A stretch of DNA of 64,000 bases from Marsupella aquatica (Eukaryota > Plantae > Marchantiophyta), in assembly GCA_973895155.1 (NCBI GenBank), contig OZ316893.1, positions 18,542,857 to 18,606,856 of the forward strand, read 5' to 3'. The position numbers and the translations under genes were made by a program. Of the stretch, positions 22,339 to 33,983 are shown in pieces (the first letter of the stretch is position 1; every line of letters starts with the position of its first letter). The notes under the pieces are model-generated. The model was not told the origin of the DNA. It was given only the letters and a program-made list of their open reading frames with translations, and made no database searches.

Positions 22339-25019
22339 TCATTGAATGCTTGCACAATAACCTCCTCCACGGATAGTGGCATACCTCAAAGTATCATGAT
22401 GTTGGGCAATGGCAAGGTTGTCGAAAGCCATGGGCATCATTCTTTGAAATACCCGTGCTCTCTCTAAACACACCTTGACCCAAACATCAAGATCATCCAA
22501 GTTCACAACTGATGCAACATCATGACAAATAGCTGTTGGCAAATCTACCTCTCGACCATAGAACAAAAAGTAAGGTGAGAAGGATGCAAGTGATGCTTGC
22601 CGGCTGAAACGGTAGCTCATAGCTAACCAAGGTAGTTGGAGATCCCAATCCCTAGATGACCAACCTGCAAGCCATACTTACGCAATCCTCTCTTCACGGT
22701 TTGCACAACTCTCTCAGCTAATCCATCTGCCTTAGGATGATCACGAGAAGTAGTACAATGATCAATCAGAGCTTGCTCACACAAATTCTCAAACTCTCCA
22801 CGGAACTCAGTTCCCTGATCAGTCAACACCTCAACTGGTGCTCCAAAACGACTGAGTACACGATCCAAAAATGTAGCAGGAACTCCTCCACTAGCTTTAT
22901 CTGGCAATGCCACTAGTTCAATCCACTTGGAGAAGTGCTCCACCATGACCAAAATATAACAATTGTGCCGTTGGGTGAGAGGCAGTGGACCAGCAAAGTC
23001 CAAACTCCATCTATACCCCAAACCCATGATTGGCAATGGATGCAACTGGGGAGTGGGAGCATTAAATGATGCTCTCACTCTATCACATACCACACACTTA
23101 GCTATCAACTGCTGGACATGAATGTGCATACCACACCACCAATATTGTGTCTGTAACAAGCTGTAAGTGCGCTTCACACCAAAGTGACCCAACTCCTTGT
23201 GCGCATGTCGCACCAAATGTACTCGTTGTGATGGTTTTGGTACCACCAACACCCTACCATCACGCAGTACTCTCAAAAGATGGTTTTCCTCCCATTGAAA
23301 CCTCTTGGCTCTCTATAGAACCCTGTCACGTTCCTTGGCATAAACACTGCCAACAATAGAACCACTGCGCAGATATTCCAACACTCTTACATCATTGTGA
23401 ATATCTTGTTGTCCAGAAGTTACCTCACTAACATCCACATCTGAAGACTCCTCATCCACTCCATCCAATGAGGTAGAGTCCACAGATCCATTGTATGCTA
23501 GCACCCAACAAAGAAAGGCAGATGCATGTCATCCTGGCACCATCTCCTTATCTGACTCATCATGCCATCTGGCTCCAGTCTCATCCTGCTGACTGGTACA
23601 TGGGTTGCGTAAACCCTAAATCCAAGTTCACCTTTCCAGGTCTATGTACAACTTGTAAATCATACTCCTGCAACAACAATGCCCATTTTGCAAGCTTCCC
23701 AATAAACTTGTCAGACTCCATTAACCACTTGAGAGGCTGATGATCAATGATCAAAGTGAAAGGATTACCAAACAAGTAACAGTGGAAGTGTGCCACAACC
23801 CACACTGCTACCAAACACTCTCCCTCATAAGAGTTATACTTAGCCTCTGCTGAATTGTTTGATCTACTAGCATATGCCACAACAAACTCATGTCCTTCAT
23901 CATCTTTTTGAGTCAGCACTGCTCCAAATCCCACTCCAATCAATGTGTAGCTGAAATGGTCTGCCTAAAATGGGTCTTCTCAAAATAGGGGATGATGTCA
24001 ACCTTTGCTTCAACTCCTGAAAGGCATGCTGCTGATCATCACCCCAAATCCATTCTTGATCTAGCTTAGTGAGTATGGTTAAAGGTTTAGCAAGCTGGCT
24101 AAATCCTTTAACATACCTCCTATAGTAGCTCGCCAATCCCAAGAATGCACGAACTCTGCTCACATCAGTAAGACAAGGAATCTGTGTAATGGCCTCCACT
24201 TTAGTCTGCTATACACCCAATCCCCCTGGGTATATAGTGTGGCCCAAATACTCAATCTGGTCTTGGAAGAACTTACACTTGCCAGAGTGGAGCTTCAACC
24301 CATGTGCTCTCAATCTCTCCAACACAATCTGCAAGTGCTACTGATGTTCTTCCACAGTAGACAAATAGACCAAAATGTCATCAATGTAACATCTGACAAA
24401 ATCCAAACCTACGAGGATTTGATCCATAACTCTCTGGAATCCATAACCCAAATGGTAAGAACAACCACCGATACAAATGATCTTTGCCATAAGAATCAAT
24501 CCCCCAGAATGTTGTCTTGGACCTGTCAGCATACCTAATTGGAAGCTGATGGTACCTTGCCCTCAGATCCAATGAACTGAAAACCTTTGCATGCCCCACA
24601 GCATCAAAGATCTCCTCAGGTGTGGGCATGGCATATTGATAAGATTTTTTCTGGCAATTAATAGGTTTGTAATCACCACACATGCGCCTATCTGTGTCAT
24701 TCTCATGCACATCTTTCTTGGCTGGCATTACTGTGGCAGATGCATACTCCCCATATGAAATCTCCACCAATCCAGCCTCCAACAAATCTTGAGTTCTACT
24801 TTGAATCAAAGCTCTCTCCATGTCACTATAACGGTATGGTCTATGAAAGATTGGCGCATCACTAGCCAATTCAATTTGAATACCAGGGCTCTTCAATGTC
24901 CCAAAATCCTTCATGCTGAATGCAAAATAATTCCAATAACTCTTAAGGAATCGATGCATGCGACGTCTCTCCTCCCCTGTCAACTTAGGACCAATCTGTG
25001 GCTCCCAACTCTCCACCAA
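22339..25019 (-). pseudogene. Gypsy copy B RT, RNase H and integrase
   Basis: ORFs 24381-25019, 23900-24199, 23581-23943, 22623-23276 and 22339-22620 carry successive pol motifs, separated by frameshifts and stops. Confidence 0.9.
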
Positions 25020-25239
25020 ATTCCTAATATCTTTTTGTAGGGTAGAAGAGATAGCCGATGATTGCTATTTAGCAATAGATTGAGCAGTCCCTTCTTGCTC
25101 AACAATCTGTCCAACCTTGGCCAATCTTGCCATAGGTCCATGGATTGTCTGCTCGCCCCCAGTTGTGGTCATCACTGTCTCAATGGACCCGCAAGCTCAC
25201 TAATGGACGATCAGTAACACCAGCAGAGCGCATCCACAA

Positions 25240-26240
25240 CTATTCAGCTAATCCCAAGCTCATAATCCAAGTCAAGCAATTCAAATCCATTGCTTGACCA
25301 AGGACCTGGCGGCGTGAACTCTTTGACACTAAGGCAACTGCAGTGGTGCCTGTCAAAAATCCCATAGCACGCTCCCTCTCATCAGCAGTAGGCTCCACTA
25401 ACTGCTGGAGAGCTGTGTTCCACACAAGTCCAGGACCACCTGCTCTGAATGCATATGAAGCAGAGTGGCTCACAAGAGTGGGTAATGCACAACGTGGGCG
25501 CCCAACTACATTGACCATTGCCAATGGAGATCTATCAGGTTGGGTCACACCCTGTGCACGATGCCTTGGATCCAAAATATCATCCACCACTAAGGCTGGT
25601 GAGCGTGGAATGTTGTCAAATGTACACTTCAGCACCTCACATGGGATCAAATTAGTCCACCACAAGCGTGGACGATGTGCACGAGAACCCACACGTGCAG
25701 CATCCAATAACATAGCAGGTCCAATGCAAGACCTCACCTGGTGAACATTGGCAACAATCCGACTACGGTCATCACCTAACAATGGCACATTCTCCAAAAT
25801 GTATGTTGGAGACTGTATTTGATGTAGCTGAAGATGACGCAACACCCATAACATCTCCCACAACAATGCAGAGCGTGGATCATGAAGTCCATGCCCAACG
25901 CCAGCTCTAGATTGGCCCTGACATGGCCAACCAGCAATCACCAAATCAATGGGGCCAACACGATGCAAATGATCCGCCCCCAACAATGAAATATCAGCAG
26001 GTAGTGCATGCTAATAACCACAAATAGCATCCACTGGCAGCAACTATGGATATCTATCCACCAACATAGCCACATGCCGCAATGAGACCTTCCGTGCTGT
26101 CGCATTTATCTCCACATACAAATAACGACGCACAAGAATTCATGCCTGAAGAACAACAACCAATCCAGTGCTAATCCCACCAAATAGATTCAACAAGCAA
26201 ATACCCTTCGATGGATACTACCAAACAATAGGAGTGGTAT
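25240..26240 (-). pseudogene. C5 cytosine DNA methyltransferase domain within the Gypsy polyprotein
   Basis: One reading frame with 4 stops upstream of 25986: motif I LLNLFGGISTG, II YLYVEI, III ADI, IV DLVIAGWPCQGQS, VI ILENV, VIII RAHRPRLWW, IX EPTADERERAMGF, X RQVLGQAM. Confidence 0.93.
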
Positions 26241-27671
26241 CCACTGATGAAGTATCGAGATTGCTCTGCTTCTGACTGTGGTGTACATCCCACCAATGAT
26301 GTGTTGATAATCACCAACACATTATATGACTTTGCCTTAGTCAAAATAGCTGGCGCCTATATTTGTGAGCTATTTGTCGCATGACCTTCCTGAATCCTCA
26401 AATCAAGTGGTCTCTTGGTGATATGCTGTGTAAGTGTAGGTCCCTCCAATGAAGTCTGAATGGGAAAGGGATAATCCTCCAAATCCTTTGGACGCAATCC
26501 AATCCACGTATGGCAGACTTTTCCAACATCAAGGGCTGAGCACCAGTACCTAGTAACACTCTCTCTATCAATACTGTTCCAGATAGCCCAACTAATTGGA
26601 CGATACCACTCCGATTATCCAATGACATAACACTAGGTTTAAATCTAGTCCTCTCAAATGCAAGGCGTGCTGGTAAATCCACCAACCTTGCTGCTGCTGC
26701 ATGCCATGTCTCACTAGTAGCAGTAGGTGGCATGGTCTTCACTTCTTCAACATTGCAAGCTACTTCTGCATGGGAAGCAACAACTGGAGTGTCTTCATAG
26801 AGTGTAGCTACCAATCTGAACACTTTTATAGGACCAACTCCCAAGTTCAGCATGTTTGTCATTGAAAATAATGGGGTGCATACTATGGCAATAGCCGCCC
26901 CTAGCAGGGTACTTGTCATCCCTGTTGCATCACTACCTGATTCTGCCAACTTATCCTGACTAGGGTTTGTCCGAACCGGGTTCATAGAGACAGTCTGCAC
27001 TATCTCTGACAATGTCAAAGTCTGGGGAAGCTTTGTTTGCCAAGGTGCATCCCCCCTCTGTGGATCTAGCTCCACTACTGCTCCTCGGGGCTCAAGAGTT
27101 TTGGCTGCCCCACGTGTCAAAGCTATTGATGCATCAATATGTGCAGTGCCACACATGAATCCCATGGTGGCAAGGTCGTCATCAACTCCATAAGATGTGG
27201 AAGGACCATGGGATGCGGAAGGTCCATAGGATGTAGATGCCCCATCACCAGAAGTAAATCTCACTTGGGAACTAGCCATGGCAGCTAGCTGTTGTTCCAA
27301 TTGAGCAATCTTAGCATCCTTTGGATCTATGGTTATAGCCGGGGCAGCGTCACCTCCCTGTCTCCCTACATGCCATGATCACATCCACCACCTCTACCTC
27401 CTCCTCCTCCTCTTCCCTGATCATGTGTATGGGATCCTCCTCTCTGTAACTCAAGATGGAGTGAGAAACACCTATCCTTGGTGTGTCCAGGAGCTCCACA
27501 ATGATCACACTGTCGCTGATCAGGCGCTGATGCTCCCCCTAATCCTCTATGATCTGGGTAATATCTCTGTGCATGATCCCCACCATAGGTCCAACATCCT
27601 AACTGTTGTCCAGCATAAGAGGGCACAGGTCTCTGGCTGGTAGACTCTCGTGCAATAGGCTTCTCCCTCTA

Positions 27672-28811
27672 AGTGGTGGACCTTGCCACCTAGCGCCCTC
27701 ACCAATCCCAGCACTTGTGCCTAAGTGCCCTTGGTGCTCGAACACCTCCATGAAATACCTCAAGCAAGCATCCAAGTGCCTCTAGCACCACCTGCGGCCA
27801 CTCCCATACGAAGCCGCACTTGCTCACCTACACGACCGCTACTCAACGATCCTCACGGTCTACACAAGCAACCAAACACCTCGGTAACACAGTCTACACA
27901 AGCAAACACCTCGGTAAGTAACCCCTCCGGATATAGAACTTGCCAAGTCTAGCATCCTAACTCAAGCTCAACAGACGTTGGTAAATAGGTCAGCGATAGG
28001 TCCTCCCGATGCCATAAGCCGGAACCAGAACCCACGCCCACTGTCCGTCCAGGACAGCTCCTTCGTTGGGCGCGGCCAGGGTTCCCCCTCGTACCTATCC
28101 ATCACCAACTGACCGCCCTGACCTCAGGACATGCTCATGGCCCAAATAGCGTAGCTTGTCCTAAAGCTTGTCTCAAGCTTGTCTCAACACGCCGGGACCA
28201 GAACGACCCCGACTCTAACACCGACTCCCGGTTCGCCCCACTGATGGTCTAGGGACCGAGCGCCCTTGGGACTCAGCCTCCATACCTACTTGGCCTTGCC
28301 TCCCGAACGCAAACTCCCTTGGGAGGCTGAACGCGGCTTGGCTGCTGTTCGGCAGGATTTGGCAAATGGGCGAGCTAACACCCGCAAACCACGAGAACCC
28401 ATGGCACCCCCAGACCCAGCTGAGCTCAGGAGGGCGTAGCCCTCCTCAAGAGCTTTCCAACGCACCTAAGAAGTCCTCTAACGGACTTCCCGTTGGGAAG
28501 ATATTGTCATTTCCGTTTGGCGGTTTCCCTTAGTGTCGTGACCGTCGCGGCTCACGACTTCGGCTCGCCCTTAGCTCCCAGGGAGACACCACTCCCCTCA
28601 TATATGCTTCTGGGGACCTGCCACCCCCGGACCAGCTTTGGTCCCTAAAGGTTTGGCCCCCAACCCGGATCCCATCATGCATAATGGGCGCGCCACCAAC
28701 TGGCAACGCCCATAACTTTCTTGATAGGCATCCGCAAGCGGAGTGTCGTAGCCCGTTGTGACCGGGCCGACCCAGTGTTCATGTCTAGGCCCTCAGGTCT
28801 GATCGCCGCTC
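27672..28811 (-). mobile_element. Truncated copy of the AGT...ACT solo-LTR-like repeat
   Basis: Highly similar to 58880-59991; starts AGTGGTGGACCT and breaks off at GATCGCCGCTC. Confidence 0.85.
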
Positions 28812-29252
28812 AGAGCTGATATGAAGGCAAGAGGGCAGCTCGGGAAATTTTAAGGAGCGCTGTTGATGCTGGGACCAGGGATGGCGATGAAAGCGGCAGA
28901 GAGTGCTGAATCGGTGAAGGAACTCGGGAGATAAATGTATTGGTACAATGGGAGGACTTTCTTGACGATGAGAAATCAGAACCACGTCAACACCGCAACC
29001 AACGCGGGCAACAATACCTAGGGCAGCATCGGCAACCGGCTCATCCAAAGACCTAGCCGAACGCGCTACCGGTACAGTAGTCTGCAAGATTTCGATCGCG
29101 GTTAATCTAGAGGTTACAAAAGAATAAGAGAACTTTGAAGAGTTGTGGTCGGGATTGCGGCAGGTTAGATTTCATGCCGTGATAGCCATAGCATCAGACG
29201 AGACGGCAACAAAGACAAAGACGATGATCTAAGGAGGACGAGGGAATGGTTG

Positions 29253-32200
29253 ATGACGAACAACGTGAAGAACGGAGACGAGCCCGAAATCGAACAGTCA
29301 TTGGAGATGATGGTGAGTAATGGAAGAGAACTATCGCTGAATTTTGATGAAGTGAATAGAGCGGACGCTGGATCAGTGCCTAAGGTATCGTCACCGACCG
29401 TTCCAGGATCTCCCAAAACCGACTGTCAGTCCCTGGCCCAGAAATTTGCGGAACAGACGATCTCGAAGTCTAGATCAGATCAATGGGGCTTGCTCACTGC
29501 CGTAACCGAAAAAGCCACGAAGCGTCCTCAGGGTTGTCATATCGTGCTACATAACCAGGAACATGTCTTAGGCCGCATAGTGACGGACAGTAGCTGCATG
29601 TTTGAGTCTCCAGCCGTCAGTGGCCGACATTGCACCATTACGCGCAAACCCATCACCTTTGATGGGCGTATCAAGAACCCGGGCAGTGATCGTGTTGCAG
29701 GGGGCATACACGGCACTTTCATAAAGGATTCAAGTTCCAACGGAACTTATATCAACAAAGAAAAGATCAGAAAGAATGGTCCAGAGGTACAGCTTCGACA
29801 TGGTGACATCATTTCGCTAGTAGCGTTGCCTGAGCACGAAAATGCATTTGCGTTTGTGTATCGGGAAGTTCTAGGTGTGTCGTCGTTCAAGAGGAAGGGA
29901 TCTCCATTAGACCGTGATTCAGATGTACAACCTGTGGGAGATGGCAAGCGAATTAAAAGCACAGGAAAATGTGTTGCTAGCGAGGGCCCAGTATCTCTTG
30001 ACGATTTGCGACAATTGCAGAGATCCAATGAAGAGCTGAGGCAGCAGTTAGAGGCGAATGTGCTTGAAATGGAGAAGATGCGCGGTGAGTTTCGGGCTGC
30101 TGAGGCTCTCCACCTCGTTGAGGTTAAGGAACTACGAGTTTCTGTCACAGAAATGTATACTAAGCAAATTGAAGAGATTCGACTTGAACTTGTGAGCAGA
30201 AGCAAAGGGGTAGAGGAAACTGCAGCACTGTGTTCGCAACAAGGAACCACCATTGAAGATCTCAATCATCGTCTTGCTTCTGCAGCGCAATCGAAGGTGG
30301 ATGCGGAAGAAGCCATCCGCAGCCATGCTACCAGTATAGCAGAACTCAAGAAGCGTTTGGATGAAGAATATAGCCAGCACCACAAGGAGAGAGCTGAATG
30401 GGAAGCAAATCTCGAAGCAGCTTTAGAGAGAACCCGGATGGAGACTTCAGAAGAACTAAAGCGCCATTCCGATGCCTCTGCCCGGTTGCAGAAGCAACAG
30501 CTAGACACCATAGCTGATTTGCAGGAGGCAGACAAGGAGAATCGTCGCCTTGCAGACAGCCTTCGAATCAAGTTGGAGGCCGAGAGGCAAGCGGTCATCA
30601 TAGTTGACGAGAAAGGTCGAAGGTTGGGAATGCAGTTACAAGAAGAACGGCTCTCAACAGAGAATGCTTCCAAGAAAGCTGAAGAATTGCAAGAGGAACT
30701 AAGAAAGGTTCACAGGGAGCTTGTGATCGAGAAGGAAGCTAGAGAATCTGCAGCGGCGAAGATTGCGAGTTTGGAACTGGCAATGGAGACCGCCATACGA
30801 GATTTGACACTGGAGAAGCAGCGATTACAAGGCGCACGAGAGCGAATTGTGCTGAGGGAGACTCAACTGCGAACATTCTACTCGACCGCTGCTCAAGTTG
30901 AAGCTTTGCAGCAGAAACAGCAGGAGCAGTTGAAGGTTATGCTAAGAACTCTGGAAGATGGCGACGGCGAAGGTGACTATCCTGAGAGTAGAAAGCCTAG
31001 AATGCATGGTCAGAGTGGATGCGTGGTTGACGAAGCCAAAATCATTGCTAACTTAGCATCACGGCGAAGGTCCTCCGCTCCCGATGCGAGCTTTCTCCTG
31101 CAGGATAAGTGTTTGGGTGTCCATTCTGGCAATGCAGATGGTGGACAGGAGAAGCATCCTCTTGGAGGAGAATCGTGTACGAGAAAGGCAGAGTATGCTG
31201 AACCGGGTTGGATGGATGGGGATACTCAACAAGAAGATGAAGACTGCTCTCCCTCAACTTCCAAACTTCAAACTAATGGAGCAGACGTTATAATCGGAGT
31301 GCAAGAAATAGTCGGAGAGGAATGCGGTTGTGGCCCCAAAGAGAACTTAAATACCGATGAGGAAACCCAGGTGCTGCAGGATCCTGGTATAACTTCTACA
31401 ACCCAGTTGGTTACAGATACTTTGCAAGAGAATGAGTCCAGTGAAGGACAAGCATTGTTTAAAGACAGCATGAGACTAAAACCCAGATTCTGGCATGAAA
31501 GAAGGAAATCAAATTTGGGTCCATATGCATTAGATTCTGCTTCTAGAGATGATGGAGTCGTCATGGGACCTGTAGGAAAAGTTACTGAAGAAAGTAAGCG
31601 AGCTAAGAATGAGACCGTTGGTTTAGGTAGTGGAAGGGTCGCCTTGGACATCTCTGACGATCCTGGGGATCCTTTTCCGAAAGAGTCAGTTGGAACAAGA
31701 ACAGTAGCAGAAATTGATGGATTAACCGCGGATGGTTCTCCTGTCTTGAATGTGGGGAGTATGAGTGGTGCTGACGAGGATGCACAAGAGGGGAAAAGCA
31801 GCAAAAAGGCAGCTACGGTGTGCACTGATGATCTTCTGACATCCGAGATTGCTGGAAGCTGGGCATTGGGCACCCAAGCCTCAGTGCATACTGCAAACGA
31901 AGAAGGGAGTCTCCGCATTGGCGGGGACAGGATGAGCCATCCAATTCACAATGATACACAACTAGTAGTAAAGGAACAAGAAGGGACAATGTGTACAGAT
32001 GACCTTCTTGCATCGGAGGTCGCTGGCAGTTGGGCAGCTGGTACTCCAGCCTCTGTGAACGCTGACAACGAATCTATTAGCAGTGACGAGAGGGACCACC
32101 CTGATCATGATGAAGGTGGGAGCCAAGCTGCAGCTACTCTCAGTAGACCTAGGTCGAACCCCCGTCATGTTCTTCTAGAGGATATCATGCACTTCGCTGA

Positions 32201-32450
32201 TCCAGTGAATAGTCAAAACTCTCTGTCACCGGCCACTACGAATCCGGCAAGAAATGAACGGGAAGCATTGGATGAGATGCTTGATATTGTGGAGCCCGGA
32301 TTTGGTAGCTTGTTTGGCCTGCCAAAGGTTACCAGACATCAATCTGATGAAGATGATTCCACAACTGATGATGAGGATGAAAATCAAGGAAATACCCGAA
32401 GTGATGGTTCACAACCTTTGAACCAATCTTCTTCTGTCTTTGTTAAGTGA
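29253..32450 (+). CDS. SMAD/FHA-domain coiled-coil protein (resembles the Arabidopsis AT2G45460 family), intronless
   Basis: Uninterrupted ~1065-aa ORF. FHA motifs LGR, SPAVSGRHC, DSSSNGTYIN, LRHGDII; long coiled coil with KQRLQGARERIVLRETQLRTFYST; C-terminal DLLASEVAGSWA motif. The true start may be a downstream ATG. Confidence 0.9.
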   Translation: MTNNVKNGDEPEIEQSLEMMVSNGRELSLNFDEVNRADAGSVPKVSSPTVPGSPKTDCQSLAQKFAEQTISKSRSDQWGLLTAVTEKATKRPQGCHIVLHNQEHVLGRIVTDSSCMFESPAVSGRHCTITRKPITFDGRIKNPGSDRVAGGIHGTFIKDSSSNGTYINKEKIRKNGPEVQLRHGDIISLVALPEHENAFAFVYREVLGVSSFKRKGSPLDRDSDVQPVGDGKRIKSTGKCVASEGPVSLDDLRQLQRSNEELRQQLEANVLEMEKMRGEFRAAEALHLVEVKELRVSVTEMYTKQIEEIRLELVSRSKGVEETAALCSQQGTTIEDLNHRLASAAQSKVDAEEAIRSHATSIAELKKRLDEEYSQHHKERAEWEANLEAALERTRMETSEELKRHSDASARLQKQQLDTIADLQEADKENRRLADSLRIKLEAERQAVIIVDEKGRRLGMQLQEERLSTENASKKAEELQEELRKVHRELVIEKEARESAAAKIASLELAMETAIRDLTLEKQRLQGARERIVLRETQLRTFYSTAAQVEALQQKQQEQLKVMLRTLEDGDGEGDYPESRKPRMHGQSGCVVDEAKIIANLASRRRSSAPDASFLLQDKCLGVHSGNADGGQEKHPLGGESCTRKAEYAEPGWMDGDTQQEDEDCSPSTSKLQTNGADVIIGVQEIVGEECGCGPKENLNTDEETQVLQDPGITSTTQLVTDTLQENESSEGQALFKDSMRLKPRFWHERRKSNLGPYALDSASRDDGVVMGPVGKVTEESKRAKNETVGLGSGRVALDISDDPGDPFPKESVGTRTVAEIDGLTADGSPVLNVGSMSGADEDAQEGKSSKKAATVCTDDLLTSEIAGSWALGTQASVHTANEEGSLRIGGDRMSHPIHNDTQLVVKEQEGTMCTDDLLASEVAGSWAAGTPASVNADNESISSDERDHPDHDEGGSQAAATLSRPRSNPRHVLLEDIMHFADPVNSQNSLSPATTNPARNEREALDEMLDIVEPGFGSLFGLPKVTRHQSDEDDSTTDDEDENQGNTRSDGSQPLNQSSSVFVK

Positions 32451-33504
32451 TAGCTACGTTATCATTTTAATCCTCGTTCCGCGGTAAGGTCTTCCCTCTA
32501 CAAGATTGCAGGTACGTACCAGTATCGGTTTGCAAACTTCTATGGTCTTAAATGTCATACCGAACTCGGTTTATTGTCGTACAAGCCCAATATATTACTT
32601 TACGTCATAAATGGTAAATGAAGAGATACTTAGTCAATATATCGCCTCATATTCACTTGAGTAGATGAGATGGGGCTAGCGCGCTTGTAACGGCTTTCAT
32701 TGAACTCATAAATCCTACTGTTTAGCTACTTCGTCCCCCTGGGGTATAAGGTTAGATTCTCATCTGCCGAAATTGTGGCAAAAGCGGGAAATATTTCTAT
32801 CTAATGACGCGGAATCTGTCGAGGCATTTGTCATTAGAAAGTGAACGATTTCTTGTGCCCGGAGGTAAATCAAAGAAAGAAATAGAACATGGTCATGGGG
32901 GAATTCGGCTAGCTTCTGTAGATTTTTCAGGGGTAGATGTACTTGTTTTGGGAAGCGCCAGGATATGATTGGGCGGGAAAAATGTCTAGAAATCATTGGA
33001 ATGTAATCTCAAAATACCTTGCCACAATGAAAGCACCTTGGAATCAGGAATTACAAGATCTTTCGGAAAGCAAGTGCAGGTGGGTTGTAAGCAAAGGCTG
33101 ATGGTCACCATGCGAATGGGGAAGGGTTCCCAGCTTCACGATTTCAGGTGATCGGGGAAGGCAGTTACTTGTAGTCTGCATGTGCCAGGTTGATTTCTGC
33201 AGTTTCGAGCCAAACTCACTTCCAATTACCACAATTCGAACTCCTGTGTAGCCTCGAGCATGACCACCTGACGTTGCAGCCCTATTTTCCACGTGGAGAC
33301 CAAAGTCCGGTCAATTTGAACACCTCTTGTAGATTTGTGAGACATTTTGAAGGGCATTAGTATCCACAATCTGGTGTGCCAAGGAGATTCCAAGTTTAGG
33401 GTTTCTAAGCAATGAATACAAATATCTTGATTAGGATTTCTAAGCAAGGAATACAAATATACTGTCAAACTAGTGTGACACTGATTAAAAGTTCAAAAGG
33501 TTTA

Positions 33505-33735
33505 GATCTCATGCAAGCTAGAACGATATGGGGCTAAAACAGTCAAGTTCAACAACCGAAATCACGGAGCACTAAGTGCTTTGGAGATCTGATACAAGCT
33601 AGAATGATATGGGGCTAAAACAGTCAAGTTCAACAACAGAAATCATGGAGCATTTTACCTGTATTGGAGATCTCATACAAGCTAGAATGATATGGGACTA
33701 AAACAACAAAGTTCCAAAGCAGAAATCATGGAGTA
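33505..33735. repeat. Tandem repeat, ~82-bp unit, about 2.8 copies
   Basis: GATCT.AT.CAAGCTAGAA.GATATGGG.CTAAAACA at about 33505, 33586 and 33669. Confidence 0.85.
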
Positions 33736-33768
33736 ATTTGACTTGTTCTCTCACTCAAAGAACTCAAC

Positions 33769-33885
33769 CTTCCTAGCCCCCTGTGGAGACTTCTGATCTT
33801 CTTACGCTTCAATACCTTCCTCGTAGATTTCCTAGCCCCCTCTGGAGGCTTATGATCTTCTTACTCTTCATACCTTCCATGTAGG
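33769..33885. repeat. Tandem repeat, ~60-bp unit, 2 copies
   Basis: TTCCTAGCCCCCT.TGGAG.CTT.TGATCTTCTTAC occurs twice. Confidence 0.8.
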
Positions 33886-33963
33886 TTTTGAGAGTTTTCA
33901 AACCTTCTTGGGAATTGTCAAATCTCTATGCATACTATTTTGTTCTCTTTGTGCCTGACTTAT

Positions 33964-33983
33964 AAACCCTAAACCCTAAACCC
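33964..33983. repeat. Short interstitial plant telomere-type repeat (AAACCCT)~3
   Basis: AAACCCTAAACCCTAAACCC. Confidence 0.6.

Larger units (their letters stand above)
21183..27671 (-). mobile_element. DNMT- and PHD-carrying Gypsy copy B (subfamily 2), nearly complete, decayed
   Basis: Minus-strand order: knuckle CDHCGAPGHTKDRC, protease VLLGTGAQPLML, C5-MTase, RT (RMCGDYKP...LDLRARYHQ...CYIDD), RNase H (AYASRS...YEGECL...DHQPL), integrase (WSLDFAGP, TDQGTEF, DGLAER), PHD, PPT AGGGGGCG, and 3' LTR starting at 21788. The 5' end is cut by the repeat at 27672. Confidence 0.9.

Noticed and set aside
25240-26240. Host DNA methyltransferase gene (MET1, CMT or DRM)
   Set aside because: No BAH, chromo or UBA domains, no introns and unpermuted motif order; it occupies the same position in pol in three TE copies.
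27672-28811. 5' LTR of DNMT-Gypsy copy B
   Set aside because: It abuts the middle of gag with no PBS, does not match the 3' LTR at 21183-21788, and the same repeat is inserted in unrelated LINEs elsewhere.
29537-32168. Antisense ORFs over the FHA gene
   Set aside because: Shadow frames of a coiled-coil coding strand; Ser/Leu-rich with no domain signal.
33505-33885. CRISPR-like array
   Set aside because: The units repeat along their whole length with no unique spacers, there are no cas genes, and the context is eukaryotic.
33964-33983. True telomere or chromosome fusion site
   Set aside because: Only about three units; such short telo-box-like tracts are common.
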